From Anaeramoeba ignava BMAN (taxonomy: Eukaryota; Protista; Anaeramoebae): 64,000 bases of DNA. A model generated the notes under the pieces. That model was not told where the DNA came from. It did not search any database and worked only from the letters and a program-made list of their open reading frames with translations. A program made the translations under genes and the position numbers. Below are positions 28,068 to 39,112 of this stretch, piece after piece (the stretch's first letter is position 1; every line of letters begins with the position of its first letter). The stretch spans positions 248,001 to 312,000 of the forward strand of contig JAPDFW010000088.1 in assembly GCA_028826165.1 (NCBI GenBank). Reading direction: 5' to 3'.

Positions 28068-28509
28068 AATTAAAATTAAAATTAAAATTAAAATTAAAAT
28101 CAAAATTAAAATTTAAAATTTAAAATTAAAATTAAAATTAAAATTAAAATTAAAATTAAAATTAAAATTAAAATCAAAATTAAAATTAAAAACAAAATTA
28201 TAAATTTAAATTAAAATTAAAATTAAAATTAAAATTAAAATTAAAATTAAAAACAAAATTATAAATTTAAATTAAAATTAAAATTAAAATTAAAATTAAA
28301 ATTAAAATTAAAATCTAAATTAAAATTAAAATTAAAATTAAAATTAAAATTAAAATTAAAATTAAAATTAAAATTAAAATCAAAATTAAAATTAAAATTT
28401 AAAATTAAAATCAAAATCGGATAATTTTTTAAATTAAAAAATATTTATTTTCATTTTTTTATTTTCATTTTTTTTTTCTTTTCAAAAATTTTAAAATTTA
28501 AAATAAAAA

Positions 28510-30936
28510 ATGAATGAAAAAAAAATAATAAAAAATAAAAAAGAATGGATAAAACAATTTCAAAAAGGAATTGAAGAAATTGAAATTAATTCACTTAAAT
28601 TTACAGAAATGTTAAAACAAATGAATGAAAATACAACAGGAATGATTAATTATTTTACAGAACTTGAAAGAATTAAAAATCAATTTTCAAAACTTAAATT
28701 TACATTTTTAGAACTTGCAACAAAAAAAGAATTTTTTGAAAAACTTATTTCTTTTAAAAATATTTCAGAAATTGAAAAAGAAATTGAAAAACAAAATTTA
28801 AAAGAAAATTTACAAGAAAATGAAGATTTAAAAGAAAAAAAAGAAAAATCAAAACAGAAAAAAGAAATAAATAAAAAGAATTTAGAAGAATTAATGGATA
28901 AATTTGCTTCAAGTATTTCCAAATTAAATTTATTAATAATATTATTTAAAATATAAATATAAATATAAATATTAATATAAATATAAATATAAATATAAAT
29001 ATAAATATAAATATAAATATAAATATAAATATAAATATAAATATAAATATAAAATAAATAAATATAAATATAAATATAAATATAAATATAAATATAAATA
29101 TAAATATAAATATAAATATAAATATAAATATAAATATAAATATAAATATAAATATAAATATAAATATAAATATAAATATAAATATAAATATAAATATAAA
29201 TATAAATATAAATATAAATATAAATATAAAATATAAATATAAATATAAATATAAATATAAATATAAATATAAAAATATAAATATAAAATAAACATAAATA
29301 TAAATATAAATATAAATATAAATATAAATATAAATATAAATATAAATATAAATATAAATATAAATATAAATATAAATATAATATAAATATAAATATAAAT
29401 TATAAATATAAAATAAATAAACAAATATAAATATAAATATAAATATAAATATAAATATAAATATAAAATATAAAATAAATATAAATATAAATATAAATAT
29501 ACATAAATATAAATATAAATATAAATATAAATAAATATAAATATAAATATAAATATAAATATAAATATAATTATAAATATAAATATATAATTATAAATAT
29601 AAATATAATTATAAATATAAATATAAATATAAATATAAATATAAATATAAATATAAATATAAATATAAATATAAATATAAATATAAATATAAATATAAAT
29701 ATAAATATAAATATAAATATAAATATAAATATAAATATAAATATAAATATAAATATAAATATAAATATAAATATAAATATAAATATAAATATAAATATAA
29801 ATATAAATATAAATATAATTATAAATATAAATATAAATCTAAATAAATATAAATATAAATATAAATATAAATCTAAATATAAATATAAATATAAATATTT
29901 GAAATATTTTAAATAGGTTATGAAAGAGTAAATCAAATTAGAGAAGAAAGTATGGAAAAAATAAAAGAAATCAAACAAATATTTGAAAATCAAAAAGAAA
30001 TTAATAAAATGAAAGAAATAATTGAAAAGAAAAATGAAGAAATTACAAAACAAAAACAAGAAATTGAAAGAATTCAAGAAGAAATTGAATTAATTCAAAA
30101 TGATTTAATTGATTTACAAAGAAAATTTGCACCAAATCAAAAAACACTTGATAATATTTCAGAAAAAGTTAAACAAATAAAATATATTAATGAATGGTAT
30201 AAACAAATGAATCAAACATTTTCAAATATTTCTGGTATTTATATTTTAGAAACTATTATTGATCAAAATCAAAATCAAAATCAAAATCAAATTCTGAAAT
30301 TGAAAATTAAAGTTTATAATGAAAAAAATGAATGTAAAATTTAAATTGAAAAAATTTATTTATTTCTTTTCTTTGAATTAAAATAATTTTATTTTGGTTT
30401 TTTTCTTATATATATATATATAAAATAGATATTGATTATTTAATAGATTTAGAATTTATTAAAGATAAAATTATAAGAATTGAAATTGAACCAAATAATT
30501 TTCCAAATCAAGATATTATTGAATATTCTAAAGAAAAAAATGATTTAAATTTTTTAATTCGAGAAATTAGAAATAGAATTATAAATTATCAAAAAACAAA
30601 ACAAGAAATTGAAGAATTAAATCAAAAATATGATATTCAATTAATTCAAAATGAAAATCAAGATCAACAACAAATTTTACAAGTTAAAATTGGAGAAATG
30701 ATTTTAAAATTAATTATTGAACAAGATTATCCAAATGAATATTCATCAATTCATTTAAAAGAAACGAATTTTGAATTATCTCCTTTTTTAAAAGTAATTT
30801 TTTATTTTTAATTTTAATTTAAATTTAATTTTTAAATTTTAAATTTTAATTTTAAATTTTTAATTAGGAATCATTATTTGATAAACCAGGTATTAAATTA
30901 AGTGAAATTCTTGATAAAATTAATTTTAAAAAATAA
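28510..30936 (+). CDS. Zwint-1/Sos7/Kre28-like kinetochore protein (coiled coil plus RWD-like C-terminus); exons 28510-28912, 29917-30333, 30429-30793, 30868-30936
   Basis: [20 protein letters not shown] resembles the Sos7/Kre28 FSKLxFxYxExxTKxxF motif. Then a long coiled coil, WYKQM..FSNISGI, and [23 protein letters not shown]...EQDYPN. Confidence 0.6.
28913..29916 (+). repeat. (AAATAT)n microsatellite intron
   Basis: About 1 kb of hexamer repeat between a GT donor and a TAG acceptor. Confidence 0.9.
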
Positions 30937-31570
30937 TTTTTTCTTTTTTCCTTTTTTTTTTTTTTTTTAAAATTTTTTTTTTCCGATTTTTAATTTTAAT
31001 TTTTAATAATAATAAAAAAAAAAATTTAATCAAAAAATTTAAAATTAAATTTAAATCAAAGAATTAAAATTAAAAATTAAAAATTAATTCCTTTTCATTT
31101 TTTATTTTTTAATTTTTATTTTTTTTAAATTAAAAAAATAAAATTGAAAAAATAAAAAATGTGAACTTTTTAAATAAAAAATAAAATTAATAAAATTAAT
31201 AAAATTTATAAATAAAGAGACATTAAAATAATCTAATTTTAATTTTTTAAAATCAATTTCAATTTAAATTAAAATTAAAAAATTAAATTTCAAAATTAAA
31301 AAATTAAAAAAAATTTTTTCATTTTTTTTTTTTCATTTTTTTTTTCATTCATTTTTTTTCTTTATTATTAATAATAATTTAATTTAATTAATAATAAAAA
31401 AAGAATCACAAAACATTAAAAAAATTAAATTAAATTAAATTAAATTCATTTTATTTAAATTTTTTTGATTAAAATTTTTATAAAACAAAAAATCAATCAA
31501 ATTTTATCAATTTAATTTAATCTTCATTTTAAAAAACAAAATAACAATAAATAACAATTAAAAATTAATA

Positions 31571-33907
31571 ATGGAAGCACAAAAGCAAAGGAATTATTAT
31601 GTTTTTGAAATTAAAAAAGTAAAATTTATTATTAAATTTATTATAAATTAAATTATTAAATTAAAATTTATTATTTTTATTTTAGTCAAATCAAAATATA
31701 ATTGAAATACTTAAAAAATTTGGAGAAATTGAAAAATATGGAATTCTTAGTTATGATAAAAGTCCAAAAATTTGGGGATGGGTTAAATTTTCTAAAATTA
31801 AAAAATCATTTGAAAGTGATGATTCTATTAATGTAAAAATTTAAAATCAAAATTAAAATCAAAATTAAAATTAAAATCAAATTTAAAATCAAAAATTAAA
31901 ATCAAATTCAAATTTAAAATCAAAAATTAAAATCAAAATTAAAATTAAAATTAAAATTAAAATTAAAATTAAAATCAAAATCAAAATTAAAATTAAAATT
32001 ATAATTAAAATTAAAATCAAAATCAAAATTAAAAATTAAAATTAAAAATCAAAATCAAAATCAAAATTAAAATCAAAATCAAAATCAAAATCAAAATTAA
32101 AATTAAAATTAAAATCAAAATCAAAATCAAAATTAAAATTAAAATCAAAAAATCAAAATCAAATTTTAAAAATCAAAATCAAAATCAAAAACCAAAATCA
32201 AAATCAAAATTAAAATTTAAAATCGAAAATGAAAAATAAAAATCAAAATCAAAATCAAAATCAAAATCAAAAATCAAAATCGAAATTAAAATTTAAAATC
32301 AAAATTAAAATCAAAATCAAAATTAAAATCAAAATCAAAATTAAAATCAAATTTAAAATTAAAATCAAAATCAAAATCAAAATCAAAATTAAAATCAAAA
32401 TTAAATTCAAAATTAAAATCAAAATTAAAATCAAAATTAAAATCAAAATTAAAATCAAAATCAAAATTAAAATCAAAATCAAAATCAAAATCAAAATCAA
32501 AATTAAAATCAAAATTTAAAATCAAAATCCAAAAATAGCTTTTTGTTAGAAGAAATCCATTTTATGAATGCAAATATTGTCATAAAAGACTAGAACCACA
32601 ATATTTAATAATTTGTGATAATTGTGGAAAATTTTATTGTTTTAATTGTGTTATTGATTTATTAAAAAAATATGGAACTGAATATAAATGCCAATGTGAT
32701 CAAAAATTAATTAATATTGAATCAATAGTTGGAAAAGAAAATATTCCAAAATTGATAGAAGAATCAAAAAAATTAACAGAAAAAGAATATGAAGATATTT
32801 TAAAGAAAACAAAAGAATCAGAAGAAGAACATCAAAATCAAAATCAAAATCAAAATCAAAATCGAAATCGAAATCGAAATCGAAATCAAAATCAAAATCA
32901 AAATCAAAATGAAAATCAAAATCAAAATTATAATCAAAATCAAAATTATAATCAAAATCGAAATCAATATCAAAATAGAAATCAAAATCGAAATCATAAT
33001 AAAAATTATAATCAAAATCAATATCAAAAGCAAGATAAAAATCAAAATCAAAATCCAAATGGATGCAAATTTTTTTATAATTCAAAAATAAATTGGTGTT
33101 ATAATTATGAACATTGGAAAAATAAAGCACAAAATCCAAATCTTCATCCAGTTAATGAATGTATTTGCTTCAATTTATCTAATTGTAAGAATGATAATTG
33201 TCCATTTTGTCATCCAAATCCAATTAGAAAAGATATTGAAAAAGCACAACAAAATTTTCATTCATATTCAGATAATTTAACATTAGATAAAGTTAAATTT
33301 AGATCATTTTATCGAGATACTCGAACAAAAAAGATTTTTAATCGTAAAATATTTATAAATTCCAAAATATAAATTAATTCCAAAATATTTATAATTTCAA
33401 AATATAATTTAATTACAAAATACAATTTAATTACAAAATATAATTTAATTACAAAATATAATTTAATTTAATTTAATTTCAATATTTTAATTAGAATGTC
33501 GTGAATTTATAAAAACAGGAACTTGTTCAAATTATAATTGTCCTTACGAACATAAATATTACAAAATACTCCCATTTAAAAAAAATTATCCAATACAAAG
33601 AGAAAGAAAAAAAAAGTTTAAAAGATCAACTGAAAATCAAATTCAATTTCGAAATCAAAATCAAAATCAAAATCAAATTCAAATTCAATTTCAAAATCAA
33701 AATCAAAATCAAATTCAAATTCAAAACCCTATTCTCACATCATCTCAAGAATTATCAAAAGAAATAGAAAAATATTCCAAACAAATAGGTTTTAATCAAA
33801 GTAATGAAAATGATGAAAGTAATGAAAATGATGAAAGTAATGAAATTGATCCAAGTGAATCAAATGAATCAAATGAATGGCATTCAGATTCTTCTCAATC
33901 AGATTAA
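31571..33907 (+). CDS. RRM-like + RING-like + CCCH zinc-finger protein; exons 31571-31618, 31686-31832, 32539-33343, 33495-33907
   Basis: LKKFGEI...WGWVKF (RRM-like); CKYC-x11-CDNC-x4-CFNC-x13-CQC; CFNLSNCKNDNCPFCHP; CREFIKTGTCSNYNCPYEH. Junctions are in frame. Confidence 0.65.
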
Positions 33908-34020
33908 AAAAAAAAATAAAAAATTAAATTTTAAAAAAATAAAAAATTTGAACTGGCAAAAATTATTATTTTGTTTTGTAAAAAAAAAAAGCAAAAAATT
34001 ATTCTTATTTTTTTTTGTTT

Positions 34021-35659
34021 TTAAATTTTAACTGTTTCAATTAATTCTTTCCAAGATTTTTCTAATTCAGCTTTTGCTCCAGATCTTGGTTTTTCTGTTA
34101 TTCTAAATTCAAAAGGTCCATTTTTAAAAAGTTCTTGATCTTTTGCCCAATTAAATAAACAAGTATCAGAAAAATGGAATGCATTTAATTCAATAACAAA
34201 AGGTTGATTTTTTGGTTCTTTTGCAATACAAAAATCAATAACATAATTGGTAAATTTTGTTGATAAACAAGGTTTGACTTCATTTTCGAAAAAATTTAAA
34301 ATAATTTTTTGGATTTCTTCTTTTTGTTCAACAAGTCTTGGAGAAGAGAAGTATTGAAAATATTGAGAAAGAGCATTAAGATTATTATTAAAAACATAAC
34401 CTCTAAACTATTTTTAAATAATATTAAAATAATAAAATAAATATTATTGAAATAAATATTATTGAAATAAATATTATTGAAATAAATATTATTGAAATAA
34501 ATATTGAAATAAATATTATTGAAATAATAAAATAAATATTAAAATAAATATTAAAATAAATATTATTAAAATATTATTAAAATAAATAATAATGAAATAA
34601 ATATTATTAAAATAAATATTATTGAAATAAATATTATTGAAATATTTTTGAAATATTATTGAAATATTATTGAAATATTATTGAAATAAATATTGAAATA
34701 AATATTATTAAAATATTATTGAAATATTTTTGAAATATTTTTGAAATATTTTTGAAATATTATTGAAATATTTTTGAAATATTATTGAAATATTATTAAA
34801 ATATTATTGAAATATTTTTGAAATATTATTGAAATATTATTAAAATATTGAAATAAATATTATTGAAATATTATTGAAATATTATTAAAATATTATTGAA
34901 ATATTATTGAAATATTATTGAAATATTATTGAAATATTTTTGAAATATTATTGAAATATTTTTGAAATATTATTGAAATAAATCAACCTCAAGATCAGCA
35001 TCAATATCAAACCAAGTTCTCAAAACAAAACTTTCGTTAAAAATATCAATATTTTCTAATGCAATACTCATATCCATCCAAATTCTATCGCTATGAGTAA
35101 CTAAGAAAATAATATCATCAGCATTTTTAACTTTCAAACAATTTTTACTAGCTTCAATTAAAGCAAATAGCTTTTCATTTTCTGAAATATCTTTAAAAGG
35201 TTTTTTCAAATCAAGAAGTTGATTTTTGTAAAATATTGGAAAATTAGGATGAAATTCAATAGCATCTTTAGCACTTCTTGAAGACATTTTCATAAAAATA
35301 CCATCTTGATTAAATTTGGAATTCGAAAGCAAATCTTTGATTTCTTGATTAAGTTTTTTTTTCAAATCATTCAATTCACTTAATTTATTTTCTTCAATTT
35401 TTCCATATTTTTTTTGTTGTTCACAACATTCTTTTAATGATTTTGCTTCTTGAATTGAAATGGAAACAAATTTAGTTGGAAAAGTTAAATTTTTGCTTTC
35501 TAATAATTCAATCCAATTTTCAATATTAACTTCTAAAACTTGTTTTTGTCCATCTCTTAATTCTTGTTCTGTAAAAAATCCATTTAAATTATTTTCTGTT
35601 GAATTTTGTTGAGTTTGTTTTTTGAGTTGAACTGATTTTAAAGCATTTTGCAATGACAT
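34021..35659 (-). CDS. Cdc123/D123-like (R2K clade) ATP-grasp protein; exons 35659-34988, 34407-34021
   Basis: FMKMSSRSAKDA, VTHSDRI, VLRTW...E|FRGYVFNNNLNALSQY, YVIDF, VIELNAF...DTCLFNW are Cdc123-family motifs. Confidence 0.8.
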
Positions 35660-35770
35660 TTTAAAATGAAAAAATGAAAAAATGAAAAAATGAAAAAATA
35701 TTTTTTTATTAAATTTTGAATTGAATTTTGATTTAAAATTTTGATTTAAAATTTTGATTTAAAATTTTGA

Positions 35771-38442
35771 TTAAATATTTTCAGAAATTTTCATCATGCT
35801 ATTTGTTGTTAATAAAACTTCAGGAATTAAATCATAAACAGCTCGATAATGTATTAAAGAAAGTGATAATTTTGCTGAATTAATTAAATCTTGAGAACGA
35901 CTAAAACAAAGCATAATTCCTGATAACATTTCTTGAAACAATTCATTTGAAAGATAGAATTTAATTTCATTTTCAATTTTAATCTTTTTTTCTTTTTCAT
36001 GATATTCTGGATAATAAAGCATATATTCAACCCATTTTTCTTGTGAAATTTGATGGATTTGCTTTGTGACAGTTTCTTGATCAATATCAAATGCTTTTTC
36101 CGAACCAATTGTTGCAATTCTTGCACAAATTGCGCAATAATTTTGGAGAGAATTAATTGGCATTTCGGAATGATATTGATTAAATTTTGAAAGTAAAACT
36201 TTTGCAAAAAGTGCAGAATTCAAAGTGGAAAAACTTTTTATCATTGGAATATTTTCAATATAAACTAATTTTCTTTGTTGCTCTTGGAAATCATGCTTTT
36301 GCAAACTTGATTCAGTTAATTTTTGTACTTTTTGAGCAAAAGGCTTATGGAAAACAGAAGGAATTTCAAGAGAAACTGGATGAAAAACTCTTTTTTCCTT
36401 TGATTCAATTTCGGAATAAAAAACTGACAAAAGAAACGCTTGTATTGATGCTAATTTCTGAAGATCTCCTTCAGTAATTTGTTGTTTTTGCTTTGCTTGT
36501 GGGATTGATGAATGCGTATAAAAATATAAGAATTTCCACACTAAAATCGGGAAGTATTTAATTGTAAATATTTGTAATTTTGATGTTCCACTTTGATACC
36601 AATCATAAAACCAATGACAAATTGCTTGGCAATCCTCATATGATTTCCTTAACAGTGAATGATGAACCAAATTATTTGTAAATCCTTCATTTTCAACAAG
36701 AGAATCCACAATTTGCTCTTTGAAATTCTTGATTTTTTAAATTGTTTTTTTTTTCAAAATTCAAAATTGAAAATTTTTCAAAATGTCTATAAATTGTTTC
36801 AAATATTCTAATTTTTTTTTGGAATATCAATCAATACATTAATTGTATCAATATAAGTTACTAATAATTGTTTCTTTTTCATTGCTTGCGTAATTTCATT
36901 AAATAAACTTTGGAAATCGGAATTTGCTACATTCTAAAAATTTAAATTTAAATTTAAACTTAAAAATAAAAATAAAAATAAAAATATTCATTTTACTTTT
37001 GTTTTTGCTCCAGCCAATTTTAGCATTTCTATTACTTCTTTTTGCGCTATTTTTTTAATTGCACAATCTAAAGGAGTATAATTCTATTATATTTATCAAA
37101 AAAAAAATATTTTTTTTTGTTTCCAAAATGAATATATGATGAAAATGATTGATTTTTAAAAATTAAATTTATATTTTACTTTCTATTTCATTACCAGTAA
37201 ATTATTTTTAACATCTGTTTTACAAATTGAATTTATTTTTTAATTTTACTTTCTTTGAATTTTTTTTTGTTAATTTTTAAATTTTATTAAAATTTCAAAT
37301 TTTTCTTTTTTTTTTTTTAAAATGTTTCTACATTTGTAATATTAAGAGAAGGTTTGCAACTCAATAAAGCCTTCATACTTTCTTCATTTAATTTATTAAA
37401 ACAAGCAAAATGAAGAGGAGTATCATCCTAATAAAAAAAATTATTTGATATTTTTTTTTGGATTAAATATCAAATAATTTCCAAATCAAGAAAAAATTGT
37501 TTTACTTTCTAAATATTTGGATTGAAATTATCATTTTGAATTTAATTTCTATCTTTTAAAAATGAAAGATTAAAGTTTACATTCTAAAAAAAAATATTTT
37601 TCTTTCTTTTCAATATTTTTAATTGCCAAATTTTTTTTATATTTGAATATTAACATCTCGGGAATTAATATCAGCTCCTGAATCAAGTAATAATTGAATA
37701 AGTGATGCAACAGCATTTGCTTGACAAGCATAATGTAATGGTGTTCTATTCTGTAAGTTATTATTTATTAATATTTACAGTTGAAAAAATTTTATTTGGA
37801 AAAATGATTAAAAAATTTTATTTGGAAAAATGATTAAAAAATTTACATGCTTTTTGAATTGAATTAAATTGAATTAAATTAAATAAAAATCAAATAAAAT
37901 CAAATTAAATTTTATTATTTTTTTACTTTCTAAAATGGAAAATAATTTAAAAAGAAATTTTTGTTTTAAATGATTTTGATTCATTTTGATTTTTTACATT
38001 TTTTGAATTAACTTCAGCTCCATGTTCAATTAATAATTTTGCCATTTTAGTATTTCCTAATGAACAGGCAAGATGTAAAGGTGTAAGTTGCTTTATAAAA
38101 TAAAATAGAAACATCAAATTATTTTGAAATGAATTTTTTTTTTAAATAAAATTTATTAATGAAAATAAAATTTTATTTAAAAATTACTCGCTTTTTGAAG
38201 TAAAATTTTATTTAGAATTTTTAATGAAATTTTTTTTTGGGAATTTTATTTAAATTTTTTATTTTACATTCTAAATAAATTTATTTTTTAAAAAATTTAA
38301 TTTAAGAAAACAAAATTTTGATAAAAATAAGTTTTTTTTTTTTTTTTACTTCAGTTTTTTTATTAATATCTTCTCCTTTATCAAGTAATTGAAGAACTAA
38401 TTTAGAATCAGAATTTTGGACAGCTTCGTGAATATTTGTCAT
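35771..38442 (-). CDS. Ankyrin-repeat (5x) - hyccin/FAM126 fusion; main exons 38442-38350, 38090-37998, 37750-37655, 37427-37332, 37083-36997, 36933-36838, 36727-35771, plus eight putative 3-nt microexons
   Basis: Ankyrin TPLH motifs (QLTPLHLAC, NRTPLHYAC, DDTPLHFAC, NYTPLDCA). Hyccin motifs CHWFYDWYQSG..LQIFTIKYFPILVWKFL, PSVFHKP, YRAVYDLIPEVLLTTNSM. All junctions are phase 0. Confidence 0.8.
37180..38270 (-). other. Eight putative 3-nt microexons: 38270-38268 AAT, 38190-38188 CGA, 37929-37927 AAA, 37849-37847 CAT, 37583-37581 AAT, 37508-37506 AAA, 37252-37250 AAA, 37182-37180 AAA
   Basis: Each is AG|NNN|GTAA on the sense strand, with exactly two per inter-repeat gap. They split each gap into three 67-97 nt introns and restore the ankyrin hairpin length. 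Confidence 0.8.
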
Positions 38443-38456
38443 TAAAAAATTTAAAT

Positions 38457-38503
38457 AAAATGAAAAATGAAAAATGAAAAATGAAAAATGAAAAATGAAA
38501 AAA
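38457..38503 (-). promoter_or_regulatory. Tandem TTTTTCA initiator-like motif upstream of the ankyrin-hyccin ATG (representative example)
   Basis: The same strand-specific T-run/TCA motif lies just 5' of most genes in the window. Confidence 0.5.
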
Positions 38504-38508
38504 TGTTT

Positions 38509-39112
38509 TTATTGTTTTCTAAATTGAAATTGAATTTGTTTTCTAAATTGATTTTGAATTTGTTTTCTAAATTGAATTTGTTTTCTAAATTGAAATTGAA
38601 TTTGATTTTGAAATTGAAATTGAAATTGTTTTCTAAATTGTTTTCTAAATTGAATTCGTTTTCTAAATTGAAATTGAAATTGTTTTCTAAATTGAAATTG
38701 AATTTGTTTTCTAAATTGATTTAGAATTTGTTTCCTAAATTGATTTTGAATTTGTTTTCTAAATTGATTTTGAAATTGTTTTCTAAATTGATTTTGAAAT
38801 TGTTTTCTAAATTGATTTTGAAATTGTTTTCTAAATTGATTTTGAAATTGTTTTCTAAATTGATTTTGAATTTGAAATTGATTTTGAATTTGTTTTCTAA
38901 ATTGAAATTGAAATTGTTTTCTAAATTGATTGTGAAATTGTTTTCTAAATTGATTTTGAATTTGTTTTCTAAATTGATTTTGAATTTGTTTTCTAAATTG
39001 ATTTTGAATTTGTTTTCTAAATTGAAATTGAATTTGTTTTCTAAATTGATTTTGAATTTGTTTTCTAAATTGATTTTGAATTTGTTTTCTAAATTGATTT
39101 TGAATTTGTTTT
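38509..39112. repeat. ~24-bp minisatellite (TTGTTTTCTAAATTGATTTTGAA(A/T)) between the RPC2 3' end and the ankyrin gene
   Basis: Direct tandem units. It is the source of the spurious RKQIQNQF and LFSKLILN ORFs. Confidence 0.9.

Noticed and set aside
36931-36933. AG|AAT|GTAG at the start of exon 6 as a ninth microexon
   Set aside because: The following 93 nt are open and coding-like up to a good donor at 36837, so I treat it as a normal exon start. Alternative donor use is not excluded.
37213-37214. Possible 2-nt microexon (CAG|AT|GTTA)
   Set aside because: It would break the frame and leave ~30-35 nt introns. Likely chance.
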